A stretch of DNA of 64,000 nucleotides from a virus. The stretch lies in the IMG/VR virus record IMGVR_UViG_3300031251_000005, positions 23,977-87,976 of that record. One strand, given 5' to 3'. How positions within the stretch are numbered: position 1 is the stretch's first letter; the number at the start of each line of letters is the position of its first letter. Below are positions 1 through 10,076 of the stretch, one piece after another. The notes beneath the pieces are model-generated. The model was not told the origin of the DNA. It saw nothing but the letters and a program-made list of their open reading frames with translations, and made no database searches. Made by a program: the position numbers and the translations under genes.

Positions 1-380
1 GATGGCAATTTACTGAATGGAGTGATAGTTATCGCTCCATACAAGAGGCAAAAGGTAGAAAATGGGTGGCGAATATGATGCTACCTATATTTTCTATGGT
101 TATGTCATCAGCATGTACTCCCACTTTATTACCACCAAAGGTAAGAGTATTAACTATTAAGGCTGATGATTGTTTTGGTTTAGATGAGCAACTAATTATA
201 AATGACCAACCATCCACAGTGGTTGGAGATGGGGTGTCTTATCAGTGGGTAAAAAACCACCACTTATTAGTAAAAGTATTTCAGAATGGTCAGCTTTCTG
301 AAACATATCTATGTGATGTTGAAAACAACCTCAAATATAAGTTAGCACCTGTCCAACCTACAGAGTTGATAGTTAGTTGA
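1..380 (+). CDS. 3' part of an accessory gene, open at the left edge; paralog of the C-terminal domain of 538..1347
   Basis: The frame of ORF 66..380 stays open to position 3 (WQFTEWSDSYRSIQEAKGRKWVANMMLPIFSM) and aligns with WQFTVWCNNYYSIQEAKGRKWVTRMMLPIFSM in the next gene. Confidence 0.8.
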   Translation, partial: WQFTEWSDSYRSIQEAKGRKWVANMMLPIFSMVMSSACTPTLLPPKVRVLTIKADDCFGLDEQLIINDQPSTVVGDGVSYQWVKNHHLLVKVFQNGQLSETYLCDVENNLKYKLAPVQPTELIVS

Positions 381-388
381 TAAAGCAG

Positions 389-420
389 GTAGATGGATAC
401 GCATATGCGTATCCATCTAC
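389..420. terminator. Perfect 32-bp palindrome, probable terminator
   Basis: gtagatggatacgcat|atgcgtatccatctac followed by a T-rich tail; identical copy at 1355-1386. Confidence 0.75.
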
Positions 421-436
421 TATTTATTATCTTTTA

Positions 437-542
437 TTTTTTAAAGATTTGAATTTTTTGAAGATATATATTATTGTTGTAGTATTAGAATAGTATTGCA
501 TTATTCTAATCTTTTTAAATTAAATAGGAGTAAGAACATGAA
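437..542 (+). promoter_or_regulatory. Promoter-hairpin-RBS cassette, copy 1 (diverged 5' half)
   Basis: Core gtattagaatagtattgcattattctaatctttttaaattaaataggagta is identical in copies at 12671, 38759 and 40281; ends in AGGAG and ATG 538. Confidence 0.85.
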
Positions 543-1347
543 GAAAGAAGTAAATCCAACAGAGTTTAATGAAATATTGGCTGTGTTAACGAAACACTGC
601 CACGTATATTTAGAGATTGGCTCAAGGTACTTTGGGTACAATCACGATCTGTCGGACTATGATTTCATGACTTCCCAGAATGGGATAAAATGTGGTTTAG
701 TAACCACGTTTACGAGCATTAAAGACTTGTCGGGGGGGGCAGAGTATTCTAGTGATCAGTCCCTTCAGGGGACTTTGTATGAAATTGTTGCCACCGATGG
801 CAGAAAGATTCAAATCTTGGCATTTGATAGGGATGAAGACTTGCATACCCAAGTCCGTAGGAACCGAGAGTTAAAGGGGTTTCTCTTAAACAATGAGTTT
901 CTCTTACCTTATATAGCTAATCAAAAAAGGATGTTTAATTCGGAAAAAGGAAATGGATCAATATTTTTCAACGAAATACTGGAGTGGATACAGTTAGAAC
1001 CCATGGACGGATGGCAATTTACTGTATGGTGTAATAACTATTACTCCATACAAGAGGCAAAAGGTAGAAAATGGGTGACTCGAATGATGTTACCTATATT
1101 TTCTATGGCCTCTGCCCAATCATCTAAACCAAAGGTAAGAGTATCATCTATTGGTTTTGATGAGCGACTAATAATCAATGACCAACCAACCACTATCCAT
1201 GGTTCTGGGGTAGCTTATCATTGGGTAAAAAACCATCTGCTAGTAAAAGTAATTCTGAATGAGCGTTCTAAAACCTTTCTAGTTGATATTGAAAACAATA
1301 TCAAATTTGATGCAGATTTTCACCACACAGAGTTGATAGTTGAATAA
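538..1347 (+). CDS. Putative nucleotidyltransferase (Pol-beta superfamily) fused to a duplicated C-terminal domain
   Basis: IGSRYFGYNHDLSDYDF fits the hGS...DxD NTase motif; start moved from TTG 496 to ATG 538 after AGGAG. Confidence 0.6.
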   Translation: MKKEVNPTEFNEILAVLTKHCHVYLEIGSRYFGYNHDLSDYDFMTSQNGIKCGLVTTFTSIKDLSGGAEYSSDQSLQGTLYEIVATDGRKIQILAFDRDEDLHTQVRRNRELKGFLLNNEFLLPYIANQKRMFNSEKGNGSIFFNEILEWIQLEPMDGWQFTVWCNNYYSIQEAKGRKWVTRMMLPIFSMASAQSSKPKVRVSSIGFDERLIINDQPTTIHGSGVAYHWVKNHLLVKVILNERSKTFLVDIENNIKFDADFHHTELIVE

Positions 1348-1354
1348 ATAGTAG

Positions 1355-1386
1355 GTAGATGGATACGCATATGCGTATCCATCTAC
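1355..1386. terminator. Perfect 32-bp palindrome, copy of 389-420
   Basis: Same palindrome and same downstream tatttattatcttttatttttt tail. Confidence 0.75.
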
Positions 1387-1420
1387 TATTTATTATCTTT
1401 TATTTTTTCAAATTATTTTA

Positions 1421-1432
1421 ATACATATATTA
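1421..1432 (+). promoter_or_regulatory. Putative phage early promoter motif ATACATATATTA
   Basis: The exact 12-mer recurs intergenically upstream of + strand genes at 34965, 42419, 53045 and 56828; resembles the phiKZ early consensus TATATTAC. Confidence 0.65.
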
Positions 1433-1510
1433 TTTACTAGCTATTCCCTTTGATCCATTAATTAACTAAGATACAAGTCTTAGAAATAACCGTAACCTAA
1501 CCTTTCCAAA

Positions 1511-2623
1511 ATGAGTAATGATAATGTTTTAAATAATGCTAAACTAATTAATACCGATAAGATACTGGTCGGTGATAAATGTGCAGTATCTAATAACTAT
1601 GCTAATTCTTTATCAACAAAATTAAAAATAGTTAATTTATCATCCCATCATTTAGTTGTATATTTTCGAGATGGATGTATTGCTGAATTACCTCCTTTAG
1701 AGGGTGGTCCATATCCTGATACAGTAATCATTGGTCATGCTAAACAAAATTCTTTAGGTAGAATAAACGCTATAGCTGGCATGGAGTGTGAAAAAACAAA
1801 TACAATAAGAGTAGAGCTTGCTAAGAATAGAAATAAGCACCTTTACTATGAAGAAGTAATTGATGTTAATTCGATTATGAATAGTAGAAATGGGATATAT
1901 GTTACGACTGCTGATATTATTATTATAATGGCAGATAGGGTACAGAATATACCATTTCATCCATTTTGTACGCAGAGTATTCATAATTTATATCTTATTG
2001 CCACTGAGGGGTTTGATAGTACTACAGATATAAATGTTGGTATTAGATTAATTAATAATGATGGATTACAATCTAGAGTATATATTATCTTTCATGATAG
2101 ATTAATGGTGTTATGGCCTAAAAGATCTACCACATTAAAAGATGGCTTATATATAACTGGGTTAACACATTTACACACTGAGGTAAGTAATGGTATTAGA
2201 AAAGATGAATATTTTACAATAGAAGAAGCATTAGATGGTAAGTGCCCTGTTAAAGTTTATTCAAATATAGTAGCTGCTAGAGATGCTTTAAATGCATCTA
2301 GAGTAGAGGAAGCTAAAGAGGTAATATTATCAAGAGAACATGAAACTACAATAATAAACATGAAACGCCAAAAAGAAATATTGGAGAATGAAAATGTATT
2401 ACTAAAAGCACAGCAAGTTAAAGAAAAAGAATTAGCAGCAGAGAGTGCTGCAAAAAGGGAAGCTGAAATAACAGCTGAGAAACATAGAATAGAAAAGGAG
2501 CTACTAATGTTAAAAGAAGAGGCTGCATTAAAAGCATTAGAACAAAAGAAGTGGACTGAAGCTGCTAAATTAGTTGGTACTGTCTGTGCAGTAGGTTTAA
2601 CAATTTATAAAATACTAAAGTAA
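1511..2623 (+). CDS. Hypothetical protein, possibly phiKZ gp122-like; C-terminal coiled coil and hydrophobic tail
   Basis: 370 aa ORF directly upstream of the gp123-like gene; E/K/A-rich heptads then LVGTVCAVGLTIYKILK. Confidence 0.55.
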   Translation: MSNDNVLNNAKLINTDKILVGDKCAVSNNYANSLSTKLKIVNLSSHHLVVYFRDGCIAELPPLEGGPYPDTVIIGHAKQNSLGRINAIAGMECEKTNTIRVELAKNRNKHLYYEEVIDVNSIMNSRNGIYVTTADIIIIMADRVQNIPFHPFCTQSIHNLYLIATEGFDSTTDINVGIRLINNDGLQSRVYIIFHDRLMVLWPKRSTTLKDGLYITGLTHLHTEVSNGIRKDEYFTIEEALDGKCPVKVYSNIVAARDALNASRVEEAKEVILSREHETTIINMKRQKEILENENVLLKAQQVKEKELAAESAAKREAEITAEKHRIEKELLMLKEEAALKALEQKKWTEAAKLVGTVCAVGLTIYKILK

Positions 2624-2678
2624 CTAATGATATACCTATTTGGTAACCATTATTTTAGTAATAGGAGGTATTAGTATC

Positions 2679-4265
2679 ATGATTGATACAAAATTGTTAA
2701 GCCTAGTCAGTAGCAAAATGCCCCAAATCAATAAGAAAGCCATGGAAGGTATAGCCATGTCTCAATTATCTGAAGTAGAAGAATATATTCATAATACTTT
2801 CAGATGTGCTGCAGAGAGTTTTCCACCTGGTTTAAAATATATAGGTGGTAGAAGATGTACCCCTTTAGAACAATATAGAGAAATCATTAGGCCATTAAAA
2901 CCAAAGAAAGCTTTTGAGATGTTAAGGTCAGATGTATATTTGATGAAATATCTTTTTACTTTTAATGGGATTGAATTAAGACCTTTCTATATATTCTTAC
3001 CATTTGTTAGTGATGGTGGAATAATGTTTCTCAAAGGCACGCAATATAAGGTAACACCAGTCTTAGGTGGTAAGGTATTTAATATTGAGCACAATAATAT
3101 TTATATGCCTACCCCTAGAATGCGTATGGGGTTTAGTCAATATACAGTTAGTTGCATATTAAATGATAAGATAGTACATTCTAATTGTGTAGCTAGTTAT
3201 TTATACAATATGAATAAAGTTGATAGATCAGTTTTATATCCTACACTAATGCATTATATCTTAGCTAAGTATGGGTTACAAACCGCTTTATTAAAGTTAT
3301 TTAATGTGCATATTACCGTTGGTAAGTATGAGTTAGATAAATTATCTCAACAAGGCTATAAGGTTTATCGTAGTAGACAGATTCCATATAGAAAAGTAAT
3401 TTCTTATGAACCAAGTGAAGTAAGGATTGCTATTCCAGAAAATGAATATTATCCTCTATTGGATAATATCATTAGTACAGTTTTTTACATCATTGATAAT
3501 TGTACAGATGCAACTAATGAAATTGAGGAATTAGAAAATCCTAAATTATGGTTACGTCTTTTGGATAGATTTATCTTTAAAGATCAAGGTACGGAAAAGA
3601 AAAGATTTGAAAAAATGGAGGAACATTTACAGAATACAGAAAATACCTATGATCCAGTGACTCGTAGGACATTAATGTCTGATTCAATTTTATGTAATGA
3701 TATCTTTGAATTGTTTAGGTATATATGTTTAAACTATCAGGATATAGTAATTCATCATGATGTTGGCACAATGTATTATAAAGAATTAACTACTACTAAA
3801 CATCTATTGTTTAATGTAGTATATAATATATTTATAGCTATGTATGAATTACAGAAACTACCTGAGAATCTGTTAACTGTTGAAAAGATATCTAAAGTGT
3901 TAATAGATAATCTAAGAAAAGATAAAATCTTTTCCACATTAGGACATGGGGAATTAACATCAACTGGAATAGCTACTGATTGTAAATACTTTGGTGCTAC
4001 TGGTAATATGATTTCTCATAGTAAGGCTACAGCAGTAGCTGGTAGTAAAAGATCTAAAAAGACTACTAATGATCCTGGATTATTATTACATGAATCTCAA
4101 GTAGAGGTAGCAACTTATGCTTGGATTACTAACAGATGTCCACATGGAAGATCTAAGATTAACCCATTTATTAATTTTGGAGAGAAATTTCAGATATTAC
4201 CATCCCCACAATTGGAACATACACTAACTGGGCTTAGAGAGCTTTTAAGAAAGAATAAGCGTTAA
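2679..4265 (+). CDS. Non-virion RNA polymerase beta subunit, N-terminal part (phiKZ gp123-like)
   Basis: FPPGLKYIGGRRCTPLEQY...DVYLMKYLF...LPFV..GG...GTQY..TPVL matches recalled gp123 motifs; similar size; AGGAGG precedes ATG 2679. Confidence 0.85.
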   Translation: MIDTKLLSLVSSKMPQINKKAMEGIAMSQLSEVEEYIHNTFRCAAESFPPGLKYIGGRRCTPLEQYREIIRPLKPKKAFEMLRSDVYLMKYLFTFNGIELRPFYIFLPFVSDGGIMFLKGTQYKVTPVLGGKVFNIEHNNIYMPTPRMRMGFSQYTVSCILNDKIVHSNCVASYLYNMNKVDRSVLYPTLMHYILAKYGLQTALLKLFNVHITVGKYELDKLSQQGYKVYRSRQIPYRKVISYEPSEVRIAIPENEYYPLLDNIISTVFYIIDNCTDATNEIEELENPKLWLRLLDRFIFKDQGTEKKRFEKMEEHLQNTENTYDPVTRRTLMSDSILCNDIFELFRYICLNYQDIVIHHDVGTMYYKELTTTKHLLFNVVYNIFIAMYELQKLPENLLTVEKISKVLIDNLRKDKIFSTLGHGELTSTGIATDCKYFGATGNMISHSKATAVAGSKRSKKTTNDPGLLLHESQVEVATYAWITNRCPHGRSKINPFINFGEKFQILPSPQLEHTLTGLRELLRKNKR

Positions 4266-4394
4266 TTAATAATAGTAGCTACTATGTTAGCATAAATATG
4301 TTATCATGGCTTAAATAGCTTCTATGTGCGTTTAATGATATGATTTATTACACCATATCAATAGATATAACTTTAATTTAAAATAGGAGAAGTA

Positions 4395-5942
4395 ATGTAT
4401 ACTCAGCAATATCAATATGCATCTCCCCCGATGGATATATGTCAACAGTATAGACCTTTTATAGATAATGTATTTGGGGCAGCAATTAATTCAATTTTAC
4501 CAGTTGCTAGATTAGAACAAGGGTTAGCTAATTATGTTTATAACATTTTAGTTACAACAGGTTATGATTTAGTTCAGGATTTTTTATACTTTGAATTTAG
4601 TAATAAACAATTTCATGAAGGAACTGCACAGAATACTATTGTTGCTACTATTGAATTTATAATTGCTAGAGAGATTTTTCAATATGGCATTCAAATCCCT
4701 GAATTTAATGAAGCAGTCAATTGGGTAAACAATAATATAGATCAAGTAATGAGGTTTGCTGGATCTAGAAATCAACCACAAATGCCACCTATTAATAACT
4801 TCCCAGTGAATAGAAATATATCTAATTCATTCGGTGGTGGAAATGGTATGCCTGTGAATAATAACATGCGACCTAACAATATACCTTTAACATCAAATAA
4901 TAGTAGTTTTTCATTTAATCAACCCACTAATGTAGTAAATAATCCTGTAACATTAGGTGGTGGCCTGGAGAGTATAGCAGTGAATAAAGCAAATCATCTT
5001 TTCCCAAATGCTGAAGCTCATGATTTTAGAGCAGGGCAAGCTAGAACTACACCTAGTGTAACTCAGCCTCCTATAGTAAATCCCCCTGAAAAACCAAAAC
5101 AGTCTGCTTTAAATATTACGGTTTATGATATACGCGATAGAAATGCTATTGATAATTTAGATAATGCATCAAAAAGCGATAATCTTGAACATATTATTCT
5201 AGCAGATATTGCTATTCGTGCAAATGATAGCATGAATCCATTTCTGTTAAATGTTGTTAAAGAAAAAATATTTCCAGTACCATTAAAATTATCTGAAGAT
5301 TTTATCAATGCTATTGATAGAATAGAAGAAGCAGAAACAATATTCGATATCATTAGCATATTAAATGATTTAGAAGAAAATTATGACCTAGTTAAGTTTA
5401 GAGCTAACTTAAGTGCATTGATTACCAATACAGCTTTAACAGCACTTAAGTATCGTTATGATATTAACAATATGAATGGTTTTCCATTTCTATCTAACCC
5501 AGATCTATGTATTAAATTTTTAAGGGAAAAAGGTATTCTAGAAGAAATAGAAACATTAGTGGTAAATAAAGTCAGACATATTTTTACTATGTATTCTTTT
5601 ATTACTAGTAGTATTCCTGAATCTGATGATAAAAAGAATATTAAATTATTAAATACCTTTAAAGCTTTAAGTGAAGTAAAATTAATAGGTTGCTTATATG
5701 AAATACCTGTGGTAATTTTACCATGGTTAACTGTATATCAATTTGCAAAGAAACAGTTAGCTATACATAATCTACAAGATGATTGTGCATTAGATGTGGC
5801 ATATAATCAAACCTTTAAACTTTTAGATGAGGATGATCTATATTTTGATTTATATGATAATGCCTTAAATCATTATCGTGTTTACAGAATTGGTAAAAAT
5901 ACATTATCACCTTCTACCTTTACAGTTGAATATATAGAATAA
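4395..5942 (+). CDS. Hypothetical protein with a long N/P/Q-rich low-complexity linker
   Basis: 515 aa ORF with AGGAG RBS; no recognisable catalytic motif. Confidence 0.7.
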   Translation: MYTQQYQYASPPMDICQQYRPFIDNVFGAAINSILPVARLEQGLANYVYNILVTTGYDLVQDFLYFEFSNKQFHEGTAQNTIVATIEFIIAREIFQYGIQIPEFNEAVNWVNNNIDQVMRFAGSRNQPQMPPINNFPVNRNISNSFGGGNGMPVNNNMRPNNIPLTSNNSSFSFNQPTNVVNNPVTLGGGLESIAVNKANHLFPNAEAHDFRAGQARTTPSVTQPPIVNPPEKPKQSALNITVYDIRDRNAIDNLDNASKSDNLEHIILADIAIRANDSMNPFLLNVVKEKIFPVPLKLSEDFINAIDRIEEAETIFDIISILNDLEENYDLVKFRANLSALITNTALTALKYRYDINNMNGFPFLSNPDLCIKFLREKGILEEIETLVVNKVRHIFTMYSFITSSIPESDDKKNIKLLNTFKALSEVKLIGCLYEIPVVILPWLTVYQFAKKQLAIHNLQDDCALDVAYNQTFKLLDEDDLYFDLYDNALNHYRVYRIGKNTLSPSTFTVEYIE

Positions 5943-5948
5943 TAAAAC

Positions 5949-5993
5949 GTAATAGATACAGATAACTCACAATGAGTTATCTGTATCTATTAC
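5949..5993. terminator. Bidirectional terminator hairpin between convergent genes
   Basis: 21-bp stem gtaatagatacagataactca / tgagttatctgtatctattac, loop caa. Confidence 0.8.
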
Positions 5994-5995
5994 TA

Positions 5996-6328
5996 TCATT
6001 TTTCTTTTTTGTCTTTAGAAAATTTAGATAACTTAGCCAACATAGTCTGAGCTGTCTTTTTGTCTTTCCATTTTTTATAAAATAGATTAGTTACCTTATA
6101 AACATTATAAATATTATAGATAACTACTAAAATAGCTGGAAAATGTTTTACTGTATAAATAATAAAAGAATCTATAACTAAATGAATATCATCTAATAGT
6201 GTAAGATTTTCAAATGCATCTTGTTTTATATGTAGTTCTTGAAATAGATCTATATATATACTAGCCTCTTTTATAAAAGTATTGACATCATTAGCATCAA
6301 TCTTTTGTAAATATTCCATTAGACTCAT
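5996..6328 (-). CDS. Hypothetical protein
   Basis: 110 aa ORF with AGGTGA upstream. Confidence 0.55.
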   Translation of the reverse strand: MSLMEYLQKIDANDVNTFIKEASIYIDLFQELHIKQDAFENLTLLDDIHLVIDSFIIYTVKHFPAILVVIYNIYNVYKVTNLFYKKWKDKKTAQTMLAKLSKFSKDKKEK

Positions 6329-6408
6329 TTATCACCTATTTATAGTTAGTTTTTAATATCAATTTCTGAACTACATATAGCGATACATCTATCTATCATG
6401 CTATTCAT

Positions 6409-6963
6409 TTAAGGGGTATTAAGTAAAATACATAGAGCTAATCCTGCAGCAATGGCATCTACTGTATGCTCATCAAAGGTTAAAGGGGATAAATACTCTT
6501 CATAAGATATATCTTTAAGTAATAAAGCATTTCTCATAAGTGACTTATCCCCACTAGTACCTTTAACTTTTAAAGCATTCTTAATAGTACTAGGATCAAT
6601 AGTAGAAAAACTAGTAGAAGGGTTATAATTAAATACTGTTGATCTAATTATACTAATTACTTCTACTAGTACTCCATAAGCTCCTGGTCTTAATCTATTA
6701 TAAAAAGGGGATTCAGATATAACCATATCTGGTTTATATAAATATAATAACTTTTCTATTTGTCTAGATATAGCAATTAATCTAGCATACTTATCACCAT
6801 GGATAAATGCTACGTCTTTATAATATCTAGATAAATATTCAGCATCTATTGTTTCTGCATATATAACATGAGTTTTTTCTTCAGAATAATCTAGAATTGA
6901 GGTACCACACTTAGAACTACCTGGGTCTATACTAAGTACTCTCAATGTGGAATTATAAGTCAT
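6409..6963 (-). CDS. ruvC: RuvC-like Holliday junction resolvase
   Basis: LSIDPGSSKCG, VISESPF and DEHTVDAIA supply the RNase H-fold acidic residues. Confidence 0.85.
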   Translation of the reverse strand: MTYNSTLRVLSIDPGSSKCGTSILDYSEEKTHVIYAETIDAEYLSRYYKDVAFIHGDKYARLIAISRQIEKLLYLYKPDMVISESPFYNRLRPGAYGVLVEVISIIRSTVFNYNPSTSFSTIDPSTIKNALKVKGTSGDKSLMRNALLLKDISYEEYLSPLTFDEHTVDAIAAGLALCILLNTP

Positions 6964-7802
6964 TAGGTAGCTACATATGGGCTAGAATTAGCCAATGAGA
7001 ATTGCAAAGTAAGGGAGGATGGATATACTTGTAATTCTTGACTAGTAGCTGCATAAGCCATTACTTGTGCACATTGTAGATCTGTATAAACAGCTGAATT
7101 ACCACCTAATGTGGTAGTGACTGTAACATCAAACCCACTAACCATCCCTACTTCAGAAATTGTAGCATATCTAATATCACCATACTTTGTTATACAAGCA
7201 TCAATAATATTATTAATATCTACAGTGTTAAAATTAACAGGTAATATAGCTTGTGTAACAAAATGACTACCATTTGTTACATTAACTGTTGTATTACTAA
7301 TATCAACTGGAGTTGGTGATAAATTAATAGCTGATGGAATATAAGCTAAATCACTAGTCTGTGCTCCATTAGTAATAGTAATGATACGTCGATCTACACT
7401 AATACCTGTGGTTGGTAAAACCATTAAGTAATAAGAATAATAATCAACTCCACCTATAGTTTCCAATATACGTAATCTAAATCTACTCCTTTCTGTAGGT
7501 TGTAAATCTGCAGTAGTAGGTACCATGACAAACGGTATCTGTTCAAAGAAAGCCCCATCTGTTACATTATGTTGTAACATATCTACTAATGTATTATTAC
7601 CAGAGCCTATTACATTAGTTTTACCACCTCTACCTATTCCTATATAACCTATAGTAGGATAACCATCAGAAGGTGGATTAACATTACCTACATTAAATTT
7701 TTCATTTAATGTACTATATTGATCTGGTACAAATGGAAGATTTAAAGATCTTTGAATTTCCATTAGAGTAAAGTTTTTTGATTTTACAGCATTAATACTC
7801 AT
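6963..7802 (-). CDS. Virion structural protein (phiKZ gp139-like)
   Basis: STLNEKFN and YIGIGRGG motifs; adjacent to ruvC as in phiKZ-like phages. Confidence 0.55.
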   Translation of the reverse strand: MSINAVKSKNFTLMEIQRSLNLPFVPDQYSTLNEKFNVGNVNPPSDGYPTIGYIGIGRGGKTNVIGSGNNTLVDMLQHNVTDGAFFEQIPFVMVPTTADLQPTERSRFRLRILETIGGVDYYSYYLMVLPTTGISVDRRIITITNGAQTSDLAYIPSAINLSPTPVDISNTTVNVTNGSHFVTQAILPVNFNTVDINNIIDACITKYGDIRYATISEVGMVSGFDVTVTTTLGGNSAVYTDLQCAQVMAYAATSQELQVYPSSLTLQFSLANSSPYVAT

Positions 7803-7848
7803 ATTACTTGTTCCTAAAAAATAATGATAGATATAAAATAATGTTCTT

Positions 7849-10005
7849 TTATATTAATTTAAGAAATGCGCCTGCTTCAATTCGATATTCATCGTTACAA
7901 ATAACACCACAACCTATATCTAAACCTATATTTAAAGATCTAGTAATAATATCCATATAAGTGTTAGTAATATCAATAGAGCTATTAACAATAACTGGTA
8001 TTCTAATATTACTCACTATACTAAGATTATCATTAACATCTAGACCGTGAGAAGTTTCTATTGGGGACAATACAGTGGCACCTTCCTTACTATTTACTAT
8101 ACTAAATTCCCAAGGAATAGGTTCTATGTCATTAGTAGGTGCGCCATTTACAAATTGTACCATATAACTACATAGAGTACGAAGAATACCCATCATTTCT
8201 ATATATGGACTTTGTAATGTGCTTGTATTAGGTGAAATACCAATAAACACTTTAGCTAAAGTAGTAGCTATAGATATAAATGTAGTATCAGAGAAATAAC
8301 TCACATCTACTTCTAATCTATGAAAGAAATCAGTATAAGTTGTTTCTTCTACAAAACTACAAGGTATATTTTGATAGAATAAATTAACTAAAGATTGTAA
8401 CTCTGATCTACCTATAGGATTTTGTTCTAATGTAGGTAATAATCTATGTTGTACTTTATTACTTACTATTTGATCTATATAAATATTAAATTGATCTAAA
8501 GTAATCATATCATGCGGATATGTTTGTGCGCTTAATAAATCTTGAAATCTATTCCATGTAACTAATGGATTAGTATTTAATATTGAACCAGATACAAACC
8601 TAGATTCAATTATAGCTAATATCTCTTGATCAGTTAACTGTGGATGTACCATTATATCCCTAACTACTGGTGTAGGAATATCTATTAGTTTATTACCAGT
8701 ATAAGCGGAAGCAGCATACATTAAGAATACAGCAGCATCAGCTGCAGATAAAGTTATATCAGGTATACCCTCAGATGGTAATTTCAATATATACTTATAT
8801 CTAATCTTATTTTGATTAGTACTGGCTAAATATAACCAATTGTGTATTTGTTCAGAAACCCGACTAACTAAAGCAATAGTAGTATTTTGTATTATGCTAC
8901 CTTCAATCACATTAGTTGGTATGTCAGTGGATGGTGTATGTAACAAAGCTTCTTCTAATTTTAAAACATCTATATCTATGTTTTGTGGATTTAAAGAAGC
9001 CTGTGATTCTAATTTATCTACTAAATCTGGTATAGTAAAGAATTTAGTAGTATCTGTTACTTGAGTAGGCGTATTATAAGGGTACCTATTTACTTTTACT
9101 TCATTACCTAAATTCTTATAATCTTTATTATCTAAAGTTTTTAATGATTGCCCAATGTCTTGCCTTATATCATATTTATATAATTGTAAGCCAAATGGAA
9201 AAGCAAAGTTATCATTAAGAAAATCTAATGTAGAAGATAAACCAGCATTAGCTACAATATACTCTATATTTCTATATAGAAAATAAGCTTGTTCATAAGG
9301 TATAACATTTTTATAAGAACCTAAATCAAAATAGTTAGATAAATAATTCCATAAATGAAATTCATGTACTTGTGGTGTTTTACAATTATTTAATCTAATA
9401 TTAATAATAACAGGTATTAAATTTTGATATAGTATACCTAAAAAAGCAGCTGTATATAAATTATCTGTAACAGCATATGCAACTACATCCCATCTAGTAG
9501 TATAATTAGTAATCCATTTTTGAATATCACTAATTAATCTAGTTTCACCTGCACCAATAAAAGAAGGATCATAATCTAGTAAGATATAGTTATCAGCATC
9601 TATTGCTGTTTGTATATCTACTGGAGATAATACACCACGAATTAACATATCCTGGTTTGGATATTGAGTTATTAAATTATTATAAGAAGTACCATATGTT
9701 AATAGATCAGTTAATGTAATAGGGTGTTGTATAATTATATCTGGTAAGAAGTTTATTAACTCATTAGTATCTAATGAGTAAACTTGTATATTAGGATCAT
9801 TTAAATATCCTGTAGTACCCACATATGGTAAGCCAGCTATATTCCTATAATATTTCCAGTCAGCAGGATTTATAGATAACTCATCTCCACCTGCTGCTAA
9901 ATATGAATTAATAGTGTTTATCGTTTGTGTAGATTTAATTACAAAACTCCTTACAAGTTTTATTATATCTGAAACGTAAGCGTAATATGTATCACTTATG
10001 AGCAT
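7849..10005 (-). CDS. Virion structural/baseplate protein (phiKZ gp128-like)
   Basis: 718 aa; WKYYRNIAG, VYSLDT, YPNQDMLIRGVL, FLYRNIEY; next to the portal gene. Confidence 0.65.
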   Translation of the reverse strand: MLISDTYYAYVSDIIKLVRSFVIKSTQTINTINSYLAAGGDELSINPADWKYYRNIAGLPYVGTTGYLNDPNIQVYSLDTNELINFLPDIIIQHPITLTDLLTYGTSYNNLITQYPNQDMLIRGVLSPVDIQTAIDADNYILLDYDPSFIGAGETRLISDIQKWITNYTTRWDVVAYAVTDNLYTAAFLGILYQNLIPVIINIRLNNCKTPQVHEFHLWNYLSNYFDLGSYKNVIPYEQAYFLYRNIEYIVANAGLSSTLDFLNDNFAFPFGLQLYKYDIRQDIGQSLKTLDNKDYKNLGNEVKVNRYPYNTPTQVTDTTKFFTIPDLVDKLESQASLNPQNIDIDVLKLEEALLHTPSTDIPTNVIEGSIIQNTTIALVSRVSEQIHNWLYLASTNQNKIRYKYILKLPSEGIPDITLSAADAAVFLMYAASAYTGNKLIDIPTPVVRDIMVHPQLTDQEILAIIESRFVSGSILNTNPLVTWNRFQDLLSAQTYPHDMITLDQFNIYIDQIVSNKVQHRLLPTLEQNPIGRSELQSLVNLFYQNIPCSFVEETTYTDFFHRLEVDVSYFSDTTFISIATTLAKVFIGISPNTSTLQSPYIEMMGILRTLCSYMVQFVNGAPTNDIEPIPWEFSIVNSKEGATVLSPIETSHGLDVNDNLSIVSNIRIPVIVNSSIDITNTYMDIITRSLNIGLDIGCGVICNDEYRIEAGAFLKLI

Positions 10006-10076
10006 AATGCTTCCTCTAAAAATATTATAGTTCTATATAATATTTTAATCGATTTATTTTTTAAAGAGACTTTAGT

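Noticed and set aside
1-1347. Template/variable repeat pair of a diversity-generating retroelement
   Set aside because: Differences are not adenine-specific and include indels; no reverse transcriptase in the window.
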